64,000 nt of DNA from Candidatus Sumerlaeales bacterium (GTDB lineage Bacteria > Sumerlaeota > Sumerlaeia > Sumerlaeales > Sumerlaeaceae). The notes below the pieces were generated by a model. The model saw nothing but the letters and a program-made list of their open reading frames with translations. It was not told where the DNA came from and did not search any database. Positions 48,107 to 56,833 of this stretch are shown piece by piece (position 1 is the stretch's first letter; each line of letters starts with the position of its first letter). Made by a program: the position numbers and the translations under genes. The DNA lies in NCBI GenBank assembly GCA_038243585.1, contig JBBSQY010000011.1, forward strand, positions 1-64,000. Reading direction: 5' to 3'.

Positions 48107-49129
48107 ATGGTTCGGCATTTTCGTATTACTCTCATGGCCGCTTTGGCTATTACCTGTTCCGCAGGATGGAGCGCCAAAGTTTGCATCGATCCCGGTCACG
48201 GCGGATCCGACCCTGGCGCAGTAGGCAGCACGCAGCAGGAAAAAACCAACGCTTTGAATACTGGTCTGAAATTTCGTGACTGGTTGAACGCTGATACCAC
48301 GGACGGCGGCGGCGGCGGATCCTGGCAGGTGCTAATGACGCGCACTTCTGACGTATTCGTATCGTTGACTGCTCGGTCTGACTATGCGAACAACAACGGC
48401 GTGGCGCGCTTTATGTCCATCCACAATAACGCCTGCGGATGCGGTGCAAGTGGCACGGAAACTTATAGCCATACCAGCAACGGCGCTTTAAGCAACGACC
48501 TCCGGAATAACATTCAGTCACGTTCGATTCAGGCTTGGGGACTGCCAAACCGGGGCAATAAACAGGATAACTTTTCTGTGCTACGCGAGACAAATATGCC
48601 TGCGACTCTGGCAGAACTTGGTTTTATCGATAATGCCGGTGACCGCGGTTTTCTGGGCAGTTCTACGCAACAGAACACCATGGGTAAGTACCATATGTTT
48701 GCGTTGCAAAATCACTATGGCATTACCGCTTATACCCCTGGAGCAACTCTGCCAACATATGTGGACGACACTCCGGCAGTAAGCAGTGGCTGGTCTACCG
48801 GAACATCAGCAGGCGACAAGTATGGCTCTGATTATAAGTACAAATCAACTGCCGCTGTTAGTGATCCTGCCACGTGGAGCATCAACGTAGGCACGGCCGG
48901 ATCTTATAAAATCCAGGCATGGTGGCCTGCAGGCACCAACCGGTCACTTGGCTCGCCTTTTGTTCTACCTAATGGAGCAACTGTTAACGCGAACCAGCAG
49001 ATAAATGGTGGCAAGTGGAACACGCTGGGCACTGTTAGCCTGGGCACCGGCACCAGAGACACGCAGCTTTCGTGTTGGGCTGCATCCGGCTATATCGTGG
49101 TGGCCGACGCCATTCGTTACACGCCTTAA
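48107..49129 (+). CDS. Secreted N-acetylmuramoyl-L-alanine amidase (Amidase_3) with golvesin/Xly-CBD-like C-terminal domain
   Basis: IDPGHGG.DPGA, E, SIHNNA, VLRE..MPA.LAELGF; C-terminal YK.QAWWP...NQQ.NGGKW..LG...ADA.R. Confidence 0.93.
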   Translation: MVRHFRITLMAALAITCSAGWSAKVCIDPGHGGSDPGAVGSTQQEKTNALNTGLKFRDWLNADTTDGGGGGSWQVLMTRTSDVFVSLTARSDYANNNGVARFMSIHNNACGCGASGTETYSHTSNGALSNDLRNNIQSRSIQAWGLPNRGNKQDNFSVLRETNMPATLAELGFIDNAGDRGFLGSSTQQNTMGKYHMFALQNHYGITAYTPGATLPTYVDDTPAVSSGWSTGTSAGDKYGSDYKYKSTAAVSDPATWSINVGTAGSYKIQAWWPAGTNRSLGSPFVLPNGATVNANQQINGGKWNTLGTVSLGTGTRDTQLSCWAASGYIVVADAIRYTP

Positions 49130-49163
49130 ATCATATATCATAAGCGAAGAACCTGTAATTTTC

Positions 49164-49200
49164 ACACCCCGGATTATACAATCCGGGGTGTTTCTTTTTT
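49164..49200 (+). terminator. Intrinsic terminator
   Basis: acaccccggatt-atac-aatccggggtgt followed by a T-tract. Confidence 0.88.
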
Positions 49201-49491
49201 GCCAATGGTTGGTCCTCCGGGTAAAGGAGTGAAGGCTTGTAACACTGTCCCAGTGCAATTAAAAAGGTTGCGTTGTGGATTCGGTCCCTGCGTTTCATTT
49301 ATTGTTCGCTCGTCAATTAAAAATTATGGCGGCGGAGTGCAGGTCCTCCCTGGCGGGTGAGCGGCTTGAAATGCAATTATGCGCTTATGTGACTATGCCA
49401 TAAAAAGATGGTTGACATTGGAAGACCCCACGGGTGGATTTGCGTGAGGTTTATTGCTGGTAAGGTTCAAATTTTTTGGAGTGTCTGTTTC

Positions 49492-50493
49492 ATGAAACCC
49501 AAACAGTTGGCACTCATTGCCATCGCGGCCGTGGCGGTAGTCGGAATAATCGTTACGCAGCGAAACTCGTCTTCGACAAAAGTCGTTGCTTCTGCAAAAC
49601 CTAACCAAAGTAATCAGAGTAAAGCCACAACCGCAGGAGCGGAGAAAAAACCAGTGCAGGCGGAATTAAAGCCTGAAGTTTTCTTTCTGGACGAAGCGGG
49701 TACAGATGCTGCGGCGAAGCGCCCTCGCGCTAATATGCTTCCCAAGGTGAACGGCACTCGATCTATCGCTAATGTGCGCGCGATTACCAGCCGGGAAGAG
49801 GGAGACTTTATGTCGCCGGTCTGGTCTCCGGATGGTCTTGAGCTGATGTTCAGCAAACCCGGATTCGCGGGCCTTTACACTAAGGGAATTCTGGGCGGCG
49901 GAATTACGCAGATTACGGCAAAGGAAAACGTAGGATTTAACGCGAAATGGACGAAAGACGGAAAAATTGCTACCAAGACCAATGATGGCGACGTCCAGGA
50001 GTTCAATCCGGACGGCACTCCGGCTGGAAGTGCTTCTCCAATAAGCGACAGTTCGGTCACGGGCCCGTTTTCCAGCAATGATACCGTCTTTTATCGAGCA
50101 AACCCGGGAGAGGCGCCAACTCCTATAAGCGCGGGAGAGGATCGTTACTATGGTGGCGTAGTGTCCCCCGATGGAAAGCACATCGCGTATAACGGTTTGG
50201 AAACAGGCATTTATGTACGGCCTTTGGATGGATCCGCCGCACCAGTAAATATCGGTTTTGGAACAAATCCTTCTTTCCTGCCGGACAGTAGCGGAATCGT
50301 TTACAGCGTCACACAGGACGACGGCCATAACCTTGTCGCCGGCGATCTCTATTTATCCACTCTGGATGGAGGTCAGGTTTCAGACCTAACCAACGCTTCG
50401 CCTGCCATCGAAACAAAACCTATGGTCAGTCCCGATGGAGGCAGTATTGCTTTTGAATCCGACGGCGTTATTTTCGTCGGCGATTTCAAGTAA
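49492..50493 (+). CDS. Membrane-anchored TolB-like (PD40) beta-propeller protein
   Basis: N-terminal TM; SPVWSPDG, VSPDGK.IAY, PSFLPDS, P.VSPDG..IAF repeats. Start re-assigned using the GGAG RBS. Confidence 0.85.
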   Translation: MKPKQLALIAIAAVAVVGIIVTQRNSSSTKVVASAKPNQSNQSKATTAGAEKKPVQAELKPEVFFLDEAGTDAAAKRPRANMLPKVNGTRSIANVRAITSREEGDFMSPVWSPDGLELMFSKPGFAGLYTKGILGGGITQITAKENVGFNAKWTKDGKIATKTNDGDVQEFNPDGTPAGSASPISDSSVTGPFSSNDTVFYRANPGEAPTPISAGEDRYYGGVVSPDGKHIAYNGLETGIYVRPLDGSAAPVNIGFGTNPSFLPDSSGIVYSVTQDDGHNLVAGDLYLSTLDGGQVSDLTNASPAIETKPMVSPDGGSIAFESDGVIFVGDFK

Positions 50494-50623
50494 ATGGGTT
50501 CATTAATTATGGATAGGAGGCGCCTACAGTAATCTTTCAAGAATCCTAATTTCGCGAAAGAGAACACCCGTTATCATTGGATGCGGGAACCAATTCGGAA
50601 AGACCGGAATGGAGCTCTTAAAT

Positions 50624-51652
50624 ATGTTTCAAAATCACACTCGGATTGCCCTGGCGGCAACCCTTGCAATTGCTTGCACTACAGGTTATAGTGCAAAAGT
50701 TTGTATTGATCCCGGTCACGGTGGGTCAGACCCAGGTGCAGTCGGCGGCGGACAATACGAAAAAACCAATGCGCTGAACACAGGATTGAAATTCAGGAAC
50801 TGGCTGAACGCCGACAGCAGCGACGGCGGCGGCGGCGGATCCTGGCAGGTGCTGATGACGCGCACATCAGATGTATACGTGTCATTGACGGCTCGGTCCA
50901 GCTATGCCAACAACAACGGCGTGGCGCGCTTTATGTCCATCCACAATAACGCATGCGGATGCGGCGCAAGCGGTACGGAAACTTTTAGCCATACCAGCAA
51001 TGGATCTTTAAGCAACGACCTCAGAAACAATATCCAGTCACGTTCGATTCAGGCTTGGGGGCTCCCAAACCGGGGCAACAAGCAGGCCAACTTCTCTGTG
51101 TTGCGCGAGACGAATATGCCTGCAACCCTGGCAGAACTTGGTTTTATCGATAATGCTGGTGACCGCGGTTTTCTGGGCAGTTCTACGCAGCAGGATAAAA
51201 TGGCAAAGTATCATATGTACGCGCTTCAAAATCACTACGGCATAACTGCTTATACTCCTGGATCAACAAGCCTTCCAACGTATGTCGATGGAAGCCCTAC
51301 GGTGAGCGCAAACTGGGCAACAGGCACATCGGCATCCGACAAGTATGGAACCGATTATAAATGGCGCTCCACTGACGCGGTCAGCGACGCAGCTTCGTTC
51401 ACCATGAATGTTGGAGTAGCGGGATCTTACAAGGTCCAGGCCTGGTGGCCTGCTGGCAGCAATAGGTCTCCAAGTGCACCGTTTATCCTTCCTAATGGCA
51501 GCTCTGTCAGCGCCAATCAACAGGCGAATGGCGGGAAATGGAATACTCTTGGCACGGTCAGCCTTGGAACCGGGAACAGAACAACAATGCTATCGTGCTG
51601 GACCGGCGCCGGCTATCTGGTTGTGGCAGACGCGGTTCGCTACACACCTTAG
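50624..51652 (+). CDS. Secreted N-acetylmuramoyl-L-alanine amidase paralog with golvesin-like domain
   Basis: Same motifs as 48107-49129 and full-length similarity to it. Confidence 0.93.
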   Translation: MFQNHTRIALAATLAIACTTGYSAKVCIDPGHGGSDPGAVGGGQYEKTNALNTGLKFRNWLNADSSDGGGGGSWQVLMTRTSDVYVSLTARSSYANNNGVARFMSIHNNACGCGASGTETFSHTSNGSLSNDLRNNIQSRSIQAWGLPNRGNKQANFSVLRETNMPATLAELGFIDNAGDRGFLGSSTQQDKMAKYHMYALQNHYGITAYTPGSTSLPTYVDGSPTVSANWATGTSASDKYGTDYKWRSTDAVSDAASFTMNVGVAGSYKVQAWWPAGSNRSPSAPFILPNGSSVSANQQANGGKWNTLGTVSLGTGNRTTMLSCWTGAGYLVVADAVRYTP

Positions 51653-51684
51653 TATTAATGTAATATTTACGTGCTCTCTTATGC

Positions 51685-51720
51685 ACCCCCGGGCTCTTTT
51701 GCTCCGGGGGTTTTTTGTTT
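51685..51720 (+). terminator. Intrinsic terminator
   Basis: acccccgg...ccgggggt followed by a T-tract. Confidence 0.8.
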
Positions 51721-51944
51721 AAATATGGGTGCGAACCATATGAAGAGGTGGCGGCGGTTGACATGACAGCTTCGAATTCAATCCGCAATAGCACAATCGT
51801 GTTCCGCACACAGCGAAAGCGTTGAGGATAGCACCCACATATCGTAATGGTCTGGGTAAACGCCGGTGAACTGCTCAGGAGCAACACATGTCAGCTTTTG
51901 TTTCGTCTTCCTTTTTGCGCGTCTTAGGAATGAGGCCTCGTCAT

Positions 51945-51981
51945 AAAAAAATTGTCCGTCACCAGATCAGGTGACGGACAA
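51945..51981 (-). terminator. Intrinsic terminator
   Basis: ttgtccgtcacc-agatca-ggtgacggacaa preceded by an A7 run; downstream of the TPR gene. Confidence 0.82.
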
Positions 51982-52127
51982 AATTAAAGAAGGCAGATCC
52001 GAATTTCACTAAGGCGTCCGTCCACTAACCTGTCTTAGAGAAGTGATGGCTTTTGGACTTTGTGCTCCGCACTGCAAAAAGACATCATAACTTGAAGATT
52101 AAGGAATCCGTTGGGAACCCAATTTGG

Positions 52128-54833
52128 CTAGTGAGCGTGGTTGTCGCCTTCTATGTTCAGTTTTTTACCGGTGTCGAGGGGGTTTCCGTCCTTACCAAAA
52201 TCCAGGTGTATAGCGGGTTTGTTTTCGTGATCATCATGGTCGTCATGATCGTCTTGACCAGTGGCTGCAGCCGGTTGTTTTTTGTCGCTTTCAACTTTCG
52301 CCAGTCCTGCCGCGCCGAGATCGTGGCCGGGACCGTGATCATGATCCACGTGTGCTGGTCCGTATTCCAGCATGGCGCTTTCCACCAGCATACTGGTCGG
52401 AACTTCCATGCGATCAAGACGCATCACTTCGTCTCTTGCGAGCTGTTCGCCTATTACGTCTCCTGTCGCGAGTTGTATAAAATCGTTATAAAACTTCCTC
52501 GCCTGCTCGATGCGACCTGTTTGAGCGAGAGCGCGTGCCGCATTTAATAGCGCCCTGGTAGCTGTTCTTTCGAGAGGAAGATCCGCCGCCAGTTTCTGCC
52601 ATTGATCCACAGCAGGATCGATCTGACCTTCCAAACGGTAGGTCAGCGCCAGGTTATTTCGGAGAAAGGCCAGGCTTGCCGGCTCTGTCGTTCTACTTAT
52701 TTCTTCACTCAGAACCCGCCGTGCCTCGTCGAAATCCTTTATTGCAGCGTATGTGCTTACGATAATATCCGTGGCAGAAACGGCCTCTTCCGGAAACTCC
52801 TCCTTCAGTTTATAGAAGAAATGAAGTGCTTCCTGATAAAGTCCGGCCGAAGCCAGCACACGCCCTTCTTCCAGCAGGAAGACTTCTCGCTCAGGAACGT
52901 TTTTATTGTTCAGCATTGTCATCAGAAAGTCCAGATGCTCTTTTCCATTTCCGTGTTTACGCGCCAGGGCGAGGGCGCTGGAGTGGACTTCGTGAATGTG
53001 ATACTGGTGGCCGTTCACGCCGTGCTCAATAATTTCACGGTAGAACTTCATGGCGTCTTCATAGCGCCCGACACGCCCCAGGGCGGCTGCGTAATTCAAA
53101 CGATACCTCGTGTCGTCCTGCATGGTCAGCGCGCGCTCATACAGCGGAATTGAGAGTTCCGGATAACCCTGGGTAGCGTATACGTATGCCGCCAGGTGAA
53201 CTTCCTCTGGCATGGCGTTAGGCCGTTCCGAAAGATATTTCGGGACCTCTACCGCTTTTTCGGGCTGGTTGAAGAGCCGGTATAGGGCCATAAGTTTCTC
53301 ATAGGGTTCCGGCGAGTACGGCTTAAGGCGAATGGAGTTCCACAAAGCTTTTGAAGCAGAGTTGGCGGCTTTTTCCAACTGCTCAAGGGGCGGACTTGTT
53401 TCCACATTATCAGAGACCAGGTGCCATGCCTCTGAGGCCAGGCCATTTGCGAGTTCCCGGGCGGCGTCGGAGTCATTGGGACGAGCTTCTGTGTATCTTG
53501 TCAGCGCTTCATACATCCCTCCATGGTTTCCTGTCTGGTTTTCCAGGCCCATAAGCAACACGTAAGCATTGGCGGCGGTTTCGGTAGAGCTGGAAACTTG
53601 CGCTTCCACGGCGGTACGCAGACCTTCCAGATTGTCAGGACTAAAATGGATAAACGGCGCAGCGGCAATATCGCGCACTTTTTCGTAAGGAAGTTTTTCA
53701 GATAGTCTCAGCAGTTCCGTCACCAGGTCAGCCATTGGTCCAATCGCCCCGAGACTTGACAGGTAAAGATTCATTGCTGTCTGCTGTTCACCGTCTTGTA
53801 ATTCGTTAAAATCCAGAGGCTTCAATATCTCCACGACTTTCGGGAAAGTTTTCGCACGGAAGTGGTGCTGGGCCAGGTGGAGCCTGATTCGGGTTGCGTC
53901 GTTGCTTATCGGCAATAGTTCTTCGTAAAGCGAGATAACCCGCGACGTATCCAGCGCCACCAGGGTGGCCAGCTCTTCAAGCCATATTGATTTTTGGTTA
54001 TTGGTCATTGTGGATGAAGTCACAGCTTCCAGAGTTGCCAGCGCGGTTTCGGAATCTCCCTTTTTCAGGGAGGAGAGAGCAAATAGCCAGGCCTGGACGG
54101 GGGAAGTACTGATGTTCTGCTTGAGCGAGACATGAAAATCTTCGTAGGTGGATCCCATGCTCAGGGCGGTGAGTCCCGCCAGCGCCAGCTCTCGAATTTC
54201 CGGGTATGTGTAGGTGGATGAGGTTACTACGGTCTCAACAACTTTAGGGATAACAGCGGAAAGGCGCTCGGAACCGCCCACAAGCAGAAGCCGTTTAAAA
54301 AGATCACGCAGATCGGGTCCACTGAGTTCCGCAGAACCGAGGGCTTTTTCCAGTTCCAATGCAGCGACCTCCGCCTGGCCGAGTTGCTCCAGCTGGTTGG
54401 ACAAAAGAAGCGTTCTCTGGTAGACGCTCTGCCCTTGATCAATCGGGGTGCGCAAGAGCTCCACTGCTTCTGTAGATCTTCCAGCGCTAACATAGGTCCG
54501 CGCGCGAACCAAAGGGGGCAGGGCGGCCAATGCTGGATCGTTACTTAATAGCTCCTCCACCGCAGTCGTTTGAGCCGTTTTGCTAAGGAACCGCGCGTAT
54601 GCAGGAAAACCAGTATCAGGACAACATTGGATCAACTGACGATATATGGCGTCCGCGCCGGCTTTATCGCCGGACGCCGTGAGGGTGTATGCCTGGGCCA
54701 GAAGCGGTTCCGCTTCTCCCCCACCGACAGATTGGGACACAGCTGCGGCGGCAGGGTATACCCCTGAGCCGATTGTCAAAACCAGTCCGCCTTGCACAAT
54801 CCATTTTGTGTAATTCAGCGTAATTTTAAACAT
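52128..54833 (-). CDS. Secreted tetratricopeptide-repeat protein with His/Asp-rich tail
   Basis: Signal peptide, all-helical TPR-like repeats (YAAALGRVGRYEDAMKFY), tail HVDHDHGPGHD...DDHDDHDDH. Confidence 0.85.
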   Translation of the reverse strand: MFKITLNYTKWIVQGGLVLTIGSGVYPAAAAVSQSVGGGEAEPLLAQAYTLTASGDKAGADAIYRQLIQCCPDTGFPAYARFLSKTAQTTAVEELLSNDPALAALPPLVRARTYVSAGRSTEAVELLRTPIDQGQSVYQRTLLLSNQLEQLGQAEVAALELEKALGSAELSGPDLRDLFKRLLLVGGSERLSAVIPKVVETVVTSSTYTYPEIRELALAGLTALSMGSTYEDFHVSLKQNISTSPVQAWLFALSSLKKGDSETALATLEAVTSSTMTNNQKSIWLEELATLVALDTSRVISLYEELLPISNDATRIRLHLAQHHFRAKTFPKVVEILKPLDFNELQDGEQQTAMNLYLSSLGAIGPMADLVTELLRLSEKLPYEKVRDIAAAPFIHFSPDNLEGLRTAVEAQVSSSTETAANAYVLLMGLENQTGNHGGMYEALTRYTEARPNDSDAARELANGLASEAWHLVSDNVETSPPLEQLEKAANSASKALWNSIRLKPYSPEPYEKLMALYRLFNQPEKAVEVPKYLSERPNAMPEEVHLAAYVYATQGYPELSIPLYERALTMQDDTRYRLNYAAALGRVGRYEDAMKFYREIIEHGVNGHQYHIHEVHSSALALARKHGNGKEHLDFLMTMLNNKNVPEREVFLLEEGRVLASAGLYQEALHFFYKLKEEFPEEAVSATDIIVSTYAAIKDFDEARRVLSEEISRTTEPASLAFLRNNLALTYRLEGQIDPAVDQWQKLAADLPLERTATRALLNAARALAQTGRIEQARKFYNDFIQLATGDVIGEQLARDEVMRLDRMEVPTSMLVESAMLEYGPAHVDHDHGPGHDLGAAGLAKVESDKKQPAAATGQDDHDDHDDHENKPAIHLDFGKDGNPLDTGKKLNIEGDNHAH

Positions 54834-55131
54834 CTTTTCCCCTACTATTTAAGAACTCTGTCGCCGGGAACACCATGGGCTGGCGTATCACCGGTTGCAC
54901 AGGTAACCAGCGATATCATAACGTCTAAAAGAAGCGGCAATTGTTCCCGGGCAAATGCAAGCACTTTGCTGCGTCTTTTGGGTTTGTGGAGATCGAACGG
55001 GAAATCTCTGTTGCTTTACAGCATTAAATCAGCCCTCGTCAAATCGTCAGAATCGTTGACATCATCATAAGTCTCAGACCCTGACTGACGTTGTAATCCT
55101 CATTCCATTAATAAAAAGCGGACGGTCCCTC

Positions 55132-56691
55132 ATGCGTAATATTTTGTTGGCAGCTTTTCAGGTTTTTGCGATCCTGCTGATCGGGGGCTCGGCCCGGGCG
55201 GAGTCTCTCCGGGTTGGAGACATTCTTATCAGAAATGGCCGAGTGATTGACGGGACAGGCGCCGCGGCGGTGGAAGCGGACGTGCTGGTACGCGGCGACA
55301 AGATTATCGCGGTTGAAAAATCGCTTCGCATTGATTCAGCGGATACAACCGGCGGCGTGACGATTATTGACGCCGCTGGACGGGTCGTAACTCCGGGGTT
55401 TATTGATACGCACTCTCACGGCGATCCGGCGACTCATCCGGATATGCACAACTTTCTTGCCATGGGCGTTACAACACTATGCCTCGGTCAGGATGGGAGC
55501 AGCAACCCCGTGACTACAATGAGTCAATGGTTGGACGACATGGCAACTACGGGGCTGGGGCCGAATGTTCTGACGTTTGTGGGTCACGGAACGGTGCGAA
55601 CGGAATCGGGCGTGGGACTCTCGACGCAAATAACGCCGGCGCAGCTTGATAAGATGGCAGCCCTGGTGGAGCAGGGATTGGAAGCGGGAGCTTTCGGACT
55701 GACGACCGGGCTGGAATATCAGCCGGGCTCGTTTTCCCGTGCGGAGGAACTGGCGGCAGTCGCGCGACCGGTAGGTAAGCGGGGCCTGGTCGTGATGAGC
55801 CATATGCGAAACGAAGACGATGACCAGGTTACCTCTTCTATACTGGAGCTTATCAACCAATGCCGGACCGCAGGCGCGAATGCTCATATTTCACACATCA
55901 AATCCGTATATGGCAAAGGCAGCGGACGCGCAGAGGAGATTCTGACGCTATTGGACAAGGCGCGGGCGGAGGGAACGGCCATCACTGCAGATATCTATCC
56001 CTACACCGCCAGCCATACAGGCCTGAGTATTTTGTTTCCGCCCTATGCGCTGCCGCCAAACAGTTACACGGAGACCCTCGCGACGCGTCGCGATGAACTG
56101 GTTCAGTATCTGAATGATAGGGTTACAAAACGAAACGGCCCGGAAGCGACGCTGCTTGGGACTGGGGAAAACGCGGGCAAGACGCTGGCGGATCTGGCGG
56201 CAGAGCGCGGCAAACCGTTTGCGGAAGTGCTTGCGGATCTGGGACCTCGGGGAGGAAGCGCGGCGTATTTCGTAATGAACGAGGACCTGCAAAGCCGACT
56301 GCTGGTAGCGGATGGCGTCAACATCTGCACCGACGGAAGCCCCACCATGCGACACCCGCGTAGTTATGGCGCATTTGCACGGGTGATTCGAAAATTTGTA
56401 AATGATGAAAAACTTCTTACGCTGGAGGAGGCGATCCACAAGATGAGCGGCCTTCCTGCGCAAACGATAGGCCTGGACAAGCAGGCGCGCGGCACCATTA
56501 AGCCCGGCAACTTCGCCGACATTCTCATTTTCGATCCGGCTAAAGTTCAAGACACCGCAACCTTTGAGGAGCCGCACCAGCTGGCGGAAGGGTTTGAAAC
56601 GGTGCTGGTGAACGGCGTCATCATTCGCGACGAGAGCAAATTTAACGGTAAACGCGGTGGTCAGGTGATTCGCCATCAGGGAAAGAAGTAG
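55132..56691 (+). CDS. Secreted N-acyl-D-amino-acid deacylase (D-aminoacylase family amidohydrolase)
   Basis: Signal peptide, PGFIDTHSH, GQDG, GHG, SHMRNE, D.YPY.A, HPR.YG.F. Confidence 0.92.
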   Translation: MRNILLAAFQVFAILLIGGSARAESLRVGDILIRNGRVIDGTGAAAVEADVLVRGDKIIAVEKSLRIDSADTTGGVTIIDAAGRVVTPGFIDTHSHGDPATHPDMHNFLAMGVTTLCLGQDGSSNPVTTMSQWLDDMATTGLGPNVLTFVGHGTVRTESGVGLSTQITPAQLDKMAALVEQGLEAGAFGLTTGLEYQPGSFSRAEELAAVARPVGKRGLVVMSHMRNEDDDQVTSSILELINQCRTAGANAHISHIKSVYGKGSGRAEEILTLLDKARAEGTAITADIYPYTASHTGLSILFPPYALPPNSYTETLATRRDELVQYLNDRVTKRNGPEATLLGTGENAGKTLADLAAERGKPFAEVLADLGPRGGSAAYFVMNEDLQSRLLVADGVNICTDGSPTMRHPRSYGAFARVIRKFVNDEKLLTLEEAIHKMSGLPAQTIGLDKQARGTIKPGNFADILIFDPAKVQDTATFEEPHQLAEGFETVLVNGVIIRDESKFNGKRGGQVIRHQGKK

Positions 56692-56833
56692 ATGTATCCA
56701 ACGCCAGCCCGCCGATTCTTATACCCATATTATGACTTTTGGGAACCACCAATAAACGTAGGATATTAATGTTTTTAAAAATCAAACTGATGGTGTCTGC
56801 AAAAGTCTGAACGCAGGTTGGGGGAGCTCTTCA

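Noticed and set aside
51558..51887. 109-aa minus-strand ORF
   Set aside because: Crosses the amidase terminator and 3' end, starts just past another terminator, and has no motifs.
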